DNA from: Eledone cirrhosa
Taxonomy: Eukaryota
Assembly: GCA_964016885.1 (NCBI GenBank)
Contig: OZ024741.1
Span: 128,402,001 to 128,466,000, forward strand
Direction of reading: 5' to 3'
DNA length: 64,000 bases
The position numbers and the translations under genes are program-made. Positions 1-14,457 of this stretch are shown piece after piece; position 1 is the stretch's first letter, and each line of letters opens with the position of its first letter. The notes under the pieces were generated by a model. The model was not told the DNA's origin, did not search any database, and saw only the letters and a list, made by a program, of their open reading frames with translations.

Positions 1-34
1 ATGTATATATGTATATATGTATGTATGTATGTAT

Positions 35-325
35 CATCTTGGTTAAGAGAGTGGGACTGACTTTGTGCAGTGCCTTTCCTCACTATAAAAGCTTCACGGT
101 ACAGGCATTGCTTTATATCTGGAGATCTCTCTGCACTTGTCATCACATGGTACCATGGGCTCAGCACTATGTGTCAGTAATTGTCACAAGTGTAGTGTTT
201 GTACCAGAGTTTTCAAGATGCTGGCTGGACTAAAAAGTCACACCCGTTCAGCGCATCGGTAGGGGTTCTCCTACATGGATATACAGTAGTGGCCGTACTC
301 GAAAACGAGTTGGCAGCCACCATGT
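35..325 (+). mobile_element. Unclassified short interspersed repeat flanked by (TATG)n, related to 386-760 and 56963-57552
   Basis: Shares the block GAGAGTGGGA..G....GTGCA....CTTT.CTCA with 626-690 and 57406-57475. Ends GGCAGCCACCATGTATG, like 57542-57558. Confidence 0.5.
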
Positions 326-385
326 ATGTATGTATGTATGTATGTATGTATGTATGTATGTTTTTACGTATGTATGTATACATAC

Positions 386-760
386 ATGGTCGGGTCGTCA
401 GTGACTAAACCGTCAACCCCACCAATTTAGACACCCTGGGGGATGAAAAACAAGCCTCATCAAAGGGCAGAGGAACTCAGGAGAATCACCAGCTCCCCAA
501 TAAAGTTTTTTTTTTTTTTTGTGGAGCGAGAGAGATTCCCTGTCTTCATTAAGACATCTCTCTAGGAGAAGGTCTCTCTGATATAAAACCTGTTCTTCTT
601 TTTGAGTAAATGCATTCAATGTTCAGAGAGTGGGATTGGTCCTGTGCATAGCCCTTTTTCACTTTAAAAAAGCTTCAAGCACAGGGATCGCTTGATCTGC
701 GACATTTTTTGCGATACATGGTATTGCTGGCCATAGGCAAGTCCCTAGCAAGACTAAAAA
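386..760 (+). mobile_element. Second copy of the same (TATG)n-associated repeat family
   Basis: GGTC.GGTCGTC....ACTAAACCG.CAACCCCACCAA matches 57020-57058, and the GAGAGTGGGATTGG block is shared. Confidence 0.5.
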
Positions 761-890
761 GCCACGTCTGTGATGGCCATGCTTAAGTATCAAGCGATGG
801 GACTACTCGAAATCAAGGTGTAGCCATTATGTATGTATACATGGATGTATGTATGGATGCATGGATGCATGGATGGATGGATGTGTATGC

Positions 891-1047
<157 letters not shown>

Positions 1048-1105
1048 GAACACTGGAAGGTAATATCCGTAGTGGTAGCGCACTCAGTCCATGGGACAAA
1101 TTTGG

Positions 1106-1150
<45 letters not shown>

Positions 1151-1153
1151 CGT

Positions 1154-1189
<36 letters not shown>

Positions 1190-1357
1190 AAAAGTTCTAT
1201 TTAAATTGTTGGGATATAACAAGCAAATATTTTTATAACTGATATAAAGCACTCAACAAATAATTGGAGTAAAAATACGATATTAACAAATGGAAACTAT
1301 ATTTATAAAACCATATTTATCTCATTATACATATTTCAAGGACACCAAGTTATCTGA

Positions 1358-1640
1358 ATGTGCTGCGCATATATTCCGTGATGACGTCCCTCACGCCGGA
1401 CTTCTGTCTGATGACTTCGCTCCTGATGTGCTCTCTCAACGAGATTGAGATTCCTAGCATTGATCTCTCCATGGCTCTTTGAACCGTTACCAGCCTCTGC
1501 TCTTCTCTCTTCGTTGTAGCCCAAGTTTCACTGCCATATAACATTGCAGATAAAACTGTGCTATTGAAGAGGCTATTGGCGCGGGTGGCCTTGTCCAACC
1601 TCCCCTTGAGCACATCCCTTATGCCGTTGAACGCCTTCCA
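1358..1640 (-). mobile_element. RTE-clade LINE fragment (C-terminal part of ORF)
   Basis: Translation WKAF...LFNSTVLSAMLYGSETW...QRAMERSMLGIS...IRQKSGVRD is typical of the RTE post-RT region. Confidence 0.8.
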
Positions 1641-1718
1641 TGTATTTATGTAGGTATGTATATGTATGTGTGTATGTATGTATTTATGTACGATCACGGG
1701 TGGCTGCCATCATGTATG

Positions 1719-2560
1719 CTTGTTCTTCTGGTTTTATAATTTTATAAATGTTTACCAATTGAGAGAGTTGGTTTCTAACATAGTTACAAGGCACTCTCAT
1801 TGGAATTTAGACATCAACGATGTAGATATGTCTGCATGTCTACATGCGTGCATGTATTTGCTGGTAGGGATGTTATTGTATGTGTGGATGTGGATGTTTT
1901 GAGTTATATGTGTGCATATGCATATGCTTTGTATCTGTACATGTGTGCATGCAGTTATGACATGCAGAACCTTTGGAATGTTTTACATATTTTTACTGTT
2001 CGATTATTGTACTTGTAATTTCCTAACTAGTCGTGTTCTTTCTGTTTCTATGAAGCTCAGCTTCTCAAGATTGGTACTGAGGCAGTTACTAACATATCCC
2101 AGTGCCCCAATGATCACATGTATAAATCTGAAGATATAGTCAGGGTGGAGTATCTGGAGATAATCTTTGATATTATATTGGCATCTGCTGTGCATGCCAT
2201 CTTTTTTCTGTCCCATATCTTTATATCTGGTCTGTTATGCTTGCATTTTATTGGGGTTTTGACTGGAGCATTCCACCAGTACTCTTTCATATTATGTTGG
2301 TATATGTCTTCCACATTGCTATAACTTTTAATGTGTTTATTGTCGGGGCTATCTTTTCTACGGATTGCATTGTACAGTATTTTGGCCACTACATAAACCT
2401 CTTATATAGATAGTACCATGATGACATCTTTGGACAGCTGCTTATGACATGGGTGACATCTTCGATGTTAATTCTACGGAGGCTACAGTTGTCACATCTA
2501 GGTGCTTTGCCTGCACCCCTATCTCTTTTATGAATCAGGTATTTTGTATTGGTTTCCTGT
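1719..2560 (-). mobile_element. Degenerate 3' fragment of an R4/Dong-like RLE LINE
   Basis: Frameshifted remnants LQETNTKYLIHKR, IEDVTHVISSCPKMSSWYYL, EYWWN..KHNRPDIKIWD and IIGALGYV are homologous to the C-terminus of the ORF at 19891-22473. The 3' UTR ends at CATACAT. Confidence 0.85.
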
Positions 2561-2744
2561 AATTCGAAGGGGCAGTCGTGCCACACATTGTGTCACCCTG
2601 AATCACCGTAGGAACTACGTTAAGGGCACACAAAGGGTACAAAGAACTACGTTAAGGGTACACATGTTAATTTCATGCCCTGGCTGTTCCGTTGTTTGAA
2701 CAATTTGAAAATTCGTCGTCAGAAACGGCGGTGATTCAACATAA

Positions 2745-3193
2745 ATGATGATGGTGGTGGTGGTTGTGGTGGTGGTTGTGATGGTGGTGGTGGTGGTGGT
2801 GGTGGTCATGGTGGTGCCGACGGTGGTGGTGGTTGTGGCGGCGCTTTTGGTGGCGGTGGTGTTGGCGGTGGTGGGTGTGGTGGTAGTGGCGGTGGTGGCG
2901 GTTGTAGTGGCATTAACGATGGCTGTTGTAATAGTAGAAGTGGTGGCTACTTGGTGAAAGTGATGGTGACAGTGGTAGTAGTGTTGTTATAGGTGTTGGT
3001 GGTGGTAGTGGTGTTGGTGGTGGTGGTGGTGGTGGGGTTGAGAGCGGGCTCAGATCACAGTTGTTGACGAAATTAGCCACGCCGTCACACCGTTCATCCA
3101 CATTCCTCCCTACCCCCACCAACGACACTACCACCACCACCGCCACTGTGACCTCAGTTACATCAACACACTTTCCCATCACCTCGTCTCCAT

Positions 3194-3238
<45 letters not shown>

Positions 3239-3270
3239 GTGCTACTACTATTGCTGCTGCTGTTGCTACT
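2745..3270. repeat. (GGT)n, (ACC)n and (ACT)n low-complexity tracts
   Basis: Direct inspection. Confidence 0.9.
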
Positions 3271-3486
3271 AGCGTGATGGATAACCGTAACTAATTGGTT
3301 GGAGCCGCTTATTTAAAGCACATCGGAGGGGGTGGGAGTAGGGACATGTGAGGGGGGAGTTGGAGGGGGTGGGTGAGCTTGAACAATAACAATAAAAAAA
3401 AAGACAGTAATTCCTCCCTTCCTGTCCCTTCCTTTCTCAACTACCTTCTCTATTATCATCCACCACCTCAATCAGCCAGCAAGAGA

Positions 3487-3819
3487 CACCTCAAAGTGGT
3501 CATGCTTCCTCAAACGGCTAGAAATAGCAGCCGAATTTTCCCTCTAATCATGTCACACCTCAAAGTGGTCATGCTTCCTCAAACGGCTAGAAATAGCAGC
3601 CGGATTTTCCCTCTAATCATGTCACACCTCAAAGTGGTCATGCTTCCTCAAACGGCTAGAAATAGCAGCCGAATTTTCCCTCTAATCATGTCACACCTCA
3701 AAGTGGTCATGCTTCCTCAAACGGCTAGAAATAGCAGCCGAATTTTCCCTCTAATCATGTCACACCTCAAAGTGGTCATGCTTCCTCAAACGGCTAGAAA
3801 TAGCAGCCAAATTTTCCCC
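3487..3819. repeat. Tandem repeat, 69-bp unit x ~4.8
   Basis: CACCTCAAAGTGGTCATGCTTCC... starts at 3487 and 3556 and continues with a 69-bp period. The unit contains the dispersed TAGAAATAGCAGCC motif. Confidence 0.95.
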
Positions 3820-4130
3820 TAACCTTGTCCATCGTCAAAACAGTGGATTGGGTAAACTGGGTCTGTGATATTTGTATCATAGTCGTACATGTCCTTTCAT
3901 GGCGAGTTTCACTGGTCACCCCCCCCCCCCCCGCAAAACAGAAAGAAAAAAGAAAGGAAAACAGTCGATCATCAGATCGAATCAAAGAAGCAATGTTTCT
4001 TTTGACCATTGATCTTTCCGTTGCTAATACTTTCGATTGCTTACAACTTCTGGCAGAGTGACCAAAGTGAAATAATATTTTGACCAAGGGCACAACTCAC
4101 TCTAACAACTAGGACCAGTGCCCTCTAAAG

Positions 4131-4453
4131 CAGAGTTTCTCACATTATTTGTCCCAACCACGGCCATGTAATATCCTCAGCACCCCAACTCTATTTCCAG
4201 AGAGACCTGACCTCACTTGTAAATAATATATAATAAATAAAATCGTTAATTTATATATAGTAAATAATATAATATATACTATGTATAAATCAATATTATA
4301 TATTTTTCATTTTACTATATTTATATATAAAATGTATCATTTGATATTTAATATACTATTATATCATCTCCACCGCCCCCTTTGGTCACTGCACCCACTG
4401 GACCTTCTCAACACCCTCCCAGGGGACAGTAGCGTCCACTTTGAGAACCTCTG
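4131..4453. mobile_element. hAT-type MITE (323 bp)
   Basis: TIRs CAGAGTTTCTCA / TGAGAACCTCTG (Charlie-like CAGNGGTTCTCAA). 8-bp TSD CTCTAAAG / CCCTAAAG (7/8 match). Confidence 0.75.
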
Positions 4454-4722
4454 CCCTAAAGGAAAGGAGCCGATTAAACGCCCGCACATATCGAACCAAG
4501 AGAACAAGGTTTCCATTGGTCTTTCCATTGCTAACCTCATCTGCCGGTCGCAATTCCTGGAAGAAAGGGCAACATGGAATAAAGTATTTTGCTCGAAAGC
4601 ATAACGCACCACCCGGTCTAGGGGCCGAACCTATGAGGCCACATTGGATAATATAGGCCCTGTCTACCCTACTCACTTGGAGCAAACAAAAAAGCACATC
4701 ACCACCATTATTACCACAATCA

Positions 4723-4912
4723 GGGCGGTGGATTGGCAGTATCGGTAGAGGGTCGGACGCCATGCTTTGACGCATAGTTACGTCCCTTTACGGACTGAGT
4801 TCAACTCCTGCCGAGGTTAACTTTGCCTTTCATCCTTACGGGGTCGATAAAATAAAGTACCAGTAATGCACTGGGTTATTGCTGGCCTAGTGTCAAAAGT
4901 AGAAACAATTAT
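4723..4912 (+). mobile_element. tRNA-derived SINE, family A
   Basis: A-box-like TGGCAGTATCGG, B-box-like GAGTTCAACTCC, and a body CTTTGCCTTTCATCCTTACGGGGTCGATAAAATAAAGTACCAG repeated more than 10 times in the window. Confidence 0.85.
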
Positions 4913-5304
4913 TACCACAACCAAAATCATTAGCAATACCACCACAACCACCACCACCATCGCCGCAGCTGCTATCACCACCATCACCATCGCCACTACT
5001 ACCTTCACCACCACCATCACCATCACCACTAAATACAAGTCCCTCCTATCTCCTACCATATACTACCACGACAGCTATGACACGATGGTAAAAGCGGTGG
5101 TGGTGGTGGCGGCCGTGCTGTAAATGACTGTTATTGATTCTAATGTTAATTAGGAGGTGTGAATTCAGGTGATGGTGATGATTAGAGTGGGCGTGGCTGA
5201 GTAGGTGGAGATATGAGTGTGTATTTCAGAATGTGTGTGTGTATGTATGTATATGTATATGTATTTCAGAATATATGTGTCTGTGTGTATATGTATATCT
5301 ATTT

Positions 5305-5399
<95 letters not shown>

Positions 5400-6120
5400 A
5401 ATGTGTATTTCAGAATGATGTGTGTGTGAGTGTGTGAGTATATTTGTGTGTATATTTGTATTTGTTTTTCTCCGTGCATATATGTGTGTGTTTATTTGTG
5501 TGCTTGTTTGTAGGTGTATGAGTATCTGTTTGTTTGAAGGTATGTGTGTGTATTTGTATGTGTATTTAGGTATGTGTCTATGTGTGTGTATTTGAGTGAG
5601 TATTTGAATGTGTGTGTGTTTGTGTGTTTGAGTGTCTGTGTGTGGATTTGATTGTATACGTGTGTATGTGTGTGTGTGTATTTGTGTGTCTATGTGTATG
5701 AGTGTATTTGTGTATGTGTGTATAATTTTGCATGCGTGTGTCTGTGTATGTGTGTTTGTATAAATGTGCATATGTGTATGTGTGTTTGTATAAATGTGCA
5801 TATGTGTATGTGTGTGTTTATGTGTTTCACTACTTGTCTATATATGTGATTGTGAATAAATCTGTGTTTGTGTTGATCGATATGATGTAGTAGGTTAGTA
5901 ATTGTATCTGTCGGTGTGATAGTGTAAGAACTTCTATACATGTATATGTGTTGTCTGTGTTGTCGGCTTCTGTTGTTGTTGTTGTTGTTGTTACAGTGCT
6001 GGTCTTAACTAAATAAGCTATAGCTTACGGCCACGCATCTTCAAGGGTCTAATTTTTCAAAATACGTTTTTACTTTTATTATTACTTTATATTCTTTAAC
6101 ACTAAATCATCAAACATTAT

Positions 6121-6311
6121 GTGGGGGATTGGCACTATCAGTAGAAGGTCGGACGCCATGCTTTCCGTATAGAGTTACGTCCCTTTACGGTCTGAGTTCA
6201 AATTCCGCCAAGGTTAACTTTGGCTTTCATCCTTACGGGGTAGATAGATAAAATAAAGTACCAGTAATGCACTGGTTATTTGCTGGCCTTGTGCCAAAAG
6301 TAGAAACAATT
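6121..6311 (+). mobile_element. tRNA-derived SINE, family A
   Basis: Same head and body as 4723-4912. Confidence 0.85.
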
Positions 6312-6415
6312 ATATATATATATATATATATCACTGTGATATCATACTCTGCTCTACGAGGGCATCGAGTGCTCATACGGCCTACCGCATACGGACGCTT
6401 TAAGCATCCAACACC

Positions 6416-6450
<35 letters not shown>

Positions 6451-6454
<4 letters not shown>

Positions 6455-6560
6455 AAAACAGTCAGGACCCCGACAGCTGAGTTTCGGCCGTTTTGACGAG
6501 TTCGGATCTCGCTGTCGAAACGGCCGGAGCTCAGCCGTCGGGGTCCTGACTCTTTTCCTA
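6451..6560. repeat. Imperfect fold-back hairpin containing the 3' half of a hammerhead-like motif
   Basis: Inverted arms of about 48 bp. The right arm reads GAAA-CGGC..GCCG-TC-GGGGTCC. Relatives lie at about 38722-38780 and 40605-40705. Confidence 0.7.
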
Positions 6561-6892
6561 TTACCCGCTCTACTACCCCAAGTAGTATCATACCACACCC
6601 TCTTTGTTTACACAGATATATATAATTTATTCTTTATCATTAACATTAAAATAAAAAAATAATCATGTATAATTATTTAAAAAATTTTTACCCGCATTTT
6701 TTTAGAGAAGGATCTCAAATTTCATATAGCTTCATACGGGCCTCAGTAGATGAAAGTCCGACCTTGTGTTGTAGTTTAGCCCCAGGTCAGCTCTGATTGA
6801 ACTGACCTATGATCAAAGACATTCCAGCCATGACTATCCTATTTTATCATTTCTCACACATATGGAAACCATAACCAGATTATCTAATTATT

Positions 6893-7215
6893 AACCGAGG
6901 TTAACTTTGCCTTTCATCCTTACGGGGTGGATAATATAAAGTACCAGTAATGCACTGGGTATTTGCTGGCCTTGTGCCAAAAGTAGAAACAATTATTGGG
7001 TGGATTGGCAGTATCGGTAGAGCGTCAGACACCATGCTTTGCAGCATGGAGTTATGGCCCTTTACGTTCTGAGTTCAAATTCCGCCGAGGTTAGTTTTGC
7101 CTTTCATCTTTACGGGGTCGATAAAATAAAGTACCAGTAATGTACTGGAGGTAATTGCTGGCCTTGTGCCAAAAGCAGAAACAATTATTTGGTGGATTGG
7201 CATTATCTGTAGAGC
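6893..7215 (+). mobile_element. Tandem family A SINE copies (partial, full, partial)
   Basis: Head-to-tail repeats of the SINE body and head. Confidence 0.8.
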
Positions 7216-7544
7216 AAGGTGTGACTTGAAGTAGATTTAGCTTCTATGTCTAGCAGGTCAGTCAATCACCTATACACTCTTATTAGCTCGAGAGGCTTTG
7301 TATAGGCACGTGTATGTGTGTCTGTATGTGCGTGTGTGCGTGTGTGTGTATGTCGATATGTTTGCGTGTGAGTGTATGTGTCTATGTCGTATCTGTCTGA
7401 ACATGTGTATATGTGTGAGCGTATGTGTGTGTTTGTGTCCGCTTGTGAGTGTATGTGTGCGCGTATATGTACGTTTGTGTCTGCGTATCTGTCCGTATGT
7501 ATGTATGTATGTATATGTGTGTGTGTGTGTGTGCGTGTGTGTGT

Positions 7545-7580
<36 letters not shown>

Positions 7581-9040
7581 GAGAGTACGAGATGAAATTG
7601 GGGGTAGAGTTGCAGCAAAAGGTGAAGGGTAGAAGCGGAGGAGGGAGGAGCGGGTAGGGGGTGAATAAGTTTCTCGTTAGTGTGTGCGGGGGAGGGGGTA
7701 ATAGGGGGGAGGTGAAGTGTGAGGTGTGGGTGAAGTCGGAAATGGGTGGAGGAAGAGGTGTTATATGTTCCGACAGCCGAACGACATCAAAACAGCAAAA
7801 CCTCCTCCTCCTCCTCCTCCATGCAACCCCATCCCTTCCCCCCACCCCTCACACATCTATAGGTTTTCACTAACCAATTAGTCACACCATATAATCACCA
7901 GTCTCTCCCACTCCCACGTGTACCTCACCTCACACAGATCCTCCTATACATACTATACATACATAGATACATACATACATACGTACATATATAATATATA
8001 CAACACATAAGTAAACTCGGAGCTAAATAATACACCCTCCACCTGAACGCTCAACCTGCTAGAGATAATAGTCAAATCTCTCTCAAGCCAAACTCTAACG
8101 CAGTGATTCCCAGCTTTGGGCGCGCACCCCACAGAAAGGCAATTTGAATATTTAAGGGAGTCATTTGAAAATGATGTTAATGATAACAAAGTTCAGGTTT
8201 TACCTTCTTACTATTGCACCAAGGCAACCTTGATACATATTAATGCCAGAAACTCCTGTCTCACCTCCTCCACACATGTTATTGTGCATCTGGCACCACC
8301 TATACACCAATATTTGCAGTTGATCATCGCTGTTTTCATATGAAATAATAATAATCAACAATACAAGCTAAACGAAGAAACCTCTACCTAGTTGCATGAC
8401 ATACTAGAAATAATAGCTAATTCTTCCTCACCAAAACCCCTAAAAAGGACAAGATAATGGCATCCTGAATACGATGTCTGAACATAAGACAGGTTGGTTA
8501 CGGTTGGGCTAACATGGACTAAATAACATGCATACAAACATGTAGATTTCATGGATAAGTTAGGCATAAACTTTGGTATTGCTAGGCAGTCGTTCGTGGA
8601 CTGGAAAGAAAAAGTTTATAGCTTGGTAAAGGAAAGGCTAAGGCGGTTAGATAAGACGGTTAGTTGGTAGTTTTTGTGAAAGATACGTCATCGTACAGGC
8701 GGATAGGTCGGCTGGTAAATCTCTGGTAGTTTGTAATAGGTACTATTTGTTGGTTTTGGCTAAGAAGTTAACGGGTGGTAATAACTGTGTTAATGGAACT
8801 TACGAGTAGGTGTCGGAGAATATCGATCCGCTGGTGAAAAGGCTTAAATTTGAAGTGGAGGATCCCTTGGTCCAATCAGGAACTTAAAGATGCCATCTGA
8901 GAAAAGAAAGAGGTTTACAAAGCTTGGCTTGAAAAGCGGTCCTTCTTGCACTGCAAACTCGTGTGTGCCGAGTGACCTGGATTTGTGGAAAGGCATCTAA
9001 GCAATGGCAATCTGGACTGAGAATCACAAGTTTCAAAAAC

Positions 9041-9276
9041 GGAGACAATAGAGATTGCTCTAATTATAGAGTGATCTCCTTGTAAAGTCCATGTAAAGTC
9101 CCTGGCAAAGGGAGACAAGAGAGATTGCTCTAATTATAGAGTGATCTCCTTGTAAAGTCCATGTAAAGTCCCTGGCAAAGGGAGACAAGAGAGATTGCTC
9201 TAATTATAGAGTGATCTCCTTGTAAAGTCCATGCAAAGTCCCTGGCAAAGGGAGATAAGAGAGATTGCTCTAATTA
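9041..9276. repeat. Tandem repeat, 70-bp unit x ~3.3
   Basis: GAGATTGCTCTAATTA occurs at 9051, 9121, 9191 and 9261. Confidence 0.95.
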
Positions 9277-9571
9277 AATTGAAAATTACGTAATGGATAC
9301 ACGTGGCTATTGAATGCTCAGCCACTTACATATTAATTTTATGAAGTAAGTTGTTCCGTTGATCGAACAACTAGAACACACATCACCGAAACCAAGGTGG
9401 TCCATTCTGTTTCACGTGTGCATTGAGTAAGAAAACTGATTAAAGACCTTGAACTCAAGATGATTTGATTCGTTTAAAATCGCAGCCCTATGTTGATGGG
9501 CCCAGCGGTACCCTCTTCTTTGCTCAAGTTTGATCATAGATCTGTTCAATGAGAAATGGTTTGGATGTCAA

Positions 9572-9604
<33 letters not shown>

Positions 9605-10210
9605 AGCTCTCAATAAAATTTACATTAATTCTTCACAAATCTAAAGTATAAAAACGTGAGGAAAGAAAGAGAGGAAAAATAAGAATAAAAAACAAAAAAT
9701 AAAAACGTAAACATACAAACATATAATCGAACAAAAATATAAACCCTGAAATAGTGGTTATATACACACACAGTGAGTGTGTCTATATGTCGTCTGTGTG
9801 CGTGTATGTATGATATATTTATATGTATAAAGAGAGAGGGGGAGTGAGAGAGAAAAAGAGGTAAAGGGAAAAAAACAGAATGAATACAAGGAGGGAAAAA
9901 TAAGATAGAATGCAAGAAAGTGAAAAAGATTGAGAGAGGGACAGAACGAAAAAAAATAGAAGGCGAAAAACGAGCTACAAATAAAAGAAGCTCATAAAAA
10001 TAGAAATTCCACTTTTTGCAGCTATCGGCAGACATATTGGAAATAGCGGAAAATAGAAACAATTTTGTGTCTTGTCTTTTGACAAATGATTATCAAATCA
10101 TGTATACTCTTCCGTTATAAATAAATACTTAGACGCTGAATACAGCTAAGATATTTTATATACTTTTTTTTACATTTGAGCTACTGTAATATATATATAT
10201 ACATATACAT

Positions 10211-10257
<47 letters not shown>

Positions 10258-10436
10258 CACCGACACACACATATATATATATATATATACACATACATAA
10301 TCTCATATATATATATATATATATACGCACACATATATATATATACATACATAATTAAATATATATATATGTATATATATATATGTATATATATATATAT
10401 AATTATATATATAATTATTATACACACACACACACG

Positions 10437-10509
<73 letters not shown>

Positions 10510-10941
10510 GGGCGGGGAACAGACAGATAGATAGATATATTGTTATGATTGAGACGGTTTTGAGTTTTTTACTAAAATATTTTCGTTCCTAGACTTAACG
10601 TCTTTGGTTGGCAATTGGAAATTCAGTGATGTCAGAAATGGTGGGTGGTGTGTACTGTCATCGGTGGATGTGGGGGAGGTCAGGATTGTAGGGAGGTCTT
10701 AATTGTAGCGGTGGATGGCGATGGTGGTGTGTAGGTCCATATTGTGGCAGAATGTGGTGATATGCGGATGTTGATAAATATATAGATGATAATAATCGGT
10801 CTTCCCAGCTTAGTTGGGTGCTGATGGACAGGCACGAATTGCAGCAGTTGTTTTGGGGGGTTTTGTTTTTTGTCCCACACAGCTGCACTTTCACACACAT
10901 GCACACACAAACAAAGACATGCGCACACACGTGCATGTATG

Positions 10942-10980
<39 letters not shown>

Positions 10981-10983
<3 letters not shown>

Positions 10984-11164
10984 GAACAATGTTTCCGTTG
11001 GTCTTTCGAATTGCTAATACTATCTATCGGTCGCAACTCCAGGTAGAAGGATCAACGTGAAATAAAGTGTCTTGCTCAAGGGCATAACGCATCGCCCGGT
11101 CCGGGAATCGAACTCACAACCTCACGATTGCGAATCCAATTCTCTAACCACTCAGCCACACGCC

Positions 11165-11167
<3 letters not shown>
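10981..11167 (-). mobile_element. tRNA-derived SINE, family B
   Basis: Reverse strand reads GGCGTGTGGCTGAGTGGTTAG...GAGTTCGATTCCC followed by CCCTTGAGCAAGACACTT. Related copies at about 4470-4620(-), 35290-35422(-), 36810-36995(-) and 37892-38210(+). Confidence 0.8.
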
Positions 11168-12106
<939 letters not shown>

Positions 12107-12232
12107 CGGTGAGTTTTATTGTAGCACAATAAACAATAAAGCAATGCAAATATCGGATAAGTAGCACTCAACAATTTATAGGACTGGAGTATAAATAATA
12201 TAAAATCAAAAGATGGTTAAAAGAGTTCCATG

Positions 12233-12303
12233 TATTTTATTATGCGCATTTCAAAAACAAATATCATCATGGGATGATATTTGCGTTCTCATCAGATAAA
12301 ATA
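12233..12303 (-). ncRNA. Type I hammerhead ribozyme motif
   Basis: Reverse strand: TATTTTAT-CTGATGA-gaacgCAAATATCATcccatgATGATATTTGttttt-GAAA-TGCGCA-TA-ATAAAATA. 8-bp stem I and palindromic stem III. Confidence 0.75.
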
Positions 12304-12318
12304 GGGAGACATGGTATG

Positions 12319-12420
12319 AAGCTTAAAAAACACTTGCGAGCAGTGAAGTGTTAAATCAACATATTGAACAATTGATATGTTGATTTAACACTTCACTGCT
12401 CGCAAGTGTTTTTTAAGCTT
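12319..12420. repeat. Perfect hairpin, 46-bp arms, 10-nt loop
   Basis: 12319-12364 is the exact reverse complement of 12375-12420. Confidence 0.95.
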
Positions 12421-12446
12421 ATATTTTAAAGCTTATATTTTTAAGC

Positions 12447-12502
<56 letters not shown>

Positions 12503-12722
12503 CGTTTCTGAATTTGTTTAGCAAGATTCTTTATCTGAAATCGTGTGTTGAAACCGATATTGTTATACTTTGGGAGGGTCATGTTGCCAATAAGAAACAC
12601 ACGCACCAGTTGCTTTCACTTCAATTTATTATATATTTATAAATTTATAAATTTACAAATCTACAAACTTATAAATTTCTGGTTGGTTGGTTGGTTCCAC
12701 AACCAGATAGTTGTTTATATAT

Positions 12723-12767
12723 AGTCATAGTCCTTTCGTCACACACTCTGTGACCTCTTCAGTGACT
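12723..12767 (-). ncRNA. Type I hammerhead ribozyme motif in the Penelope 3' region
   Basis: Reverse strand: AGTCA-CTGAAGA-gGTCACAgagtgTGTGAC-GAAA-GGAC-TA-TGACT. Confidence 0.8.
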
Positions 12768-13072
12768 GTGGATTCCTTTCTTTGTTTCTGTGCCTTTCCT
12801 TTCTTCAATCCTACGCCATTTTGTTTCTGTGTGTGTGTTGTGTGCTCAGTTTGCGCATGCTCCACATCCGGGTGTCTGTGTGTGTTTGTGTTCATTTATC
12901 TATTTGTTTATTTATTTATTTATTTATTTATTGTTGGTTGGTTGTTTGTTCTATGTGTGTGTGTGTTTTCATTTTGTCCTGTGTGTGTTTTCATTCTGTC
13001 CTTAATTGTAAGTTGTTTGTTCTATGTGTGTGTGTGTTTTCATTTTGTCCTGTGTGTGTTTTCATTTTGTCC

Positions 13073-13927
13073 TTAATTGTAAGTTGTAATGTTGCTGTTC
13101 CACTCATATTTTCTATTTAATTTTGGTTGTAATTCTTTTATGCTTACTGCCTCTGTAATTTGCCTAAACATTGCATCTTTTCTGTGTGTTGATTCTATTT
13201 TTATTTCTATGTTCTCTAATCTACCCCTGTGTTCTATCTTAGCATGTTGGTAGAGCACAGATGATTCTATATTATCTTGGAGGTCTCGCCAGTGTTCATT
13301 TATTCGTTCCCCTATACTACGAGCTGTCTCACCTATGTACACTATATATATTTGTTTCTACATTGTCCTTCAGTACATCTTATGCTATACACTACATTTC
13401 TAGTTTTACAGTTAATATGGGGGCTTATTTTACAGGTTATACATTTCATATCTATACACGAGGGTCTTTGGAACGGGTATGTCTTGCTAATAAGTGTTTT
13501 TACGGAGGTACCTGGTCTTTCTACTATCTTAATATTGAGTTTATGTTTATTTAGGGCCCTTCTAAATTTGTAGGCTAGTTCGCCTCTAGGGGTTGTATTG
13601 ATGAACATTACACTCTGGTATTTATTGCTATCATACCATGAGTTTATTCTATTGGCCTTGTTCCTAGTTCTTTCTATTCTATTCCAAAATTTGCTCCTAT
13701 ACAAGGGGCAGGTCCCATTTATGTCATTATTTACCATTTTTTCCCATTTGGTTCTGGCTCCTTTATACACTCTGATTCTATCTCTCTGATTGTAGCCAGA
13801 GAACTGCATACGGTGGATGAAGTGTTGTATGTGTCTCTCTAGTTCTTCGGGGTTGCACATGCGGGACACATTTCTCATCACCCGTACCAAATCCGCAATC
13901 AGTATGTTGATTTTGGTATGGTCCGAA
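13073..13927 (-). pseudogene. Penelope RT-thumb/linker plus GIY-YIG endonuclease remnant, frameshift near 13342
   Basis: C..CITC...CKTRNVVYSIRC...YIGETARSIGERINEH...HAKIEH...RQITEAVSIKELQPKLNRKYE. Confidence 0.9.
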
Positions 13928-14254
13928 AGGCAAATTACAGAGGCAGTAAGCATAAAAGAATTACAACCAAAATTAAATAGAAAATATGAGTGGAACAGCA
14001 ACATCACAACTTACAATTAAGGACAAAATGAAAACACACACAGGACAAAATGAAAACACACACACACATAGAACAAACAACCAACCAACAATAAATAAAT
14101 AAATAAATAAATAAACAAATAGATAAATGAACACAAACACACACAGACACCCGGATGTGGCGCATGCGCAAACTGAGCACACAACACACACACAGAAACA
14201 AAATGGCGTAGGATAGAAGAAAGGAAAGGCACAGAAACAAAGAAAGGAATCCCC

Positions 14255-14299
14255 AGTCACTGAAGAGGTCACAGAGTGTGTGACGAAAGGACTATGACT
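14255..14299 (+). ncRNA. Type I hammerhead ribozyme motif (inverted copy of 12723-12767)
   Basis: AGTCA-CTGAAGA-gGTCACAgagtgTGTGAC-GAAA-GGAC-TA-TGACT. Confidence 0.8.
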
Positions 14300-14457
14300 A
14301 TATATAAACAACTATCTGGTTGTGGAACCAACCAACCAACCAGAAATTTATAAGTTTGTAGATTTGTAAATTTATAAATTTATAAATATATAATAAATTG
14401 AAGTGAAAGCAACTGGTGCGTGTGTTTCTTATTGGCAACATGACCCTCCCAAAGTAT

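Noticed and set aside
3487-9276. 69-bp and 70-bp tandem arrays as possible CRISPR arrays
   Set aside because: Units are identical with no unique spacers, there are no cas genes, and the context is eukaryotic.
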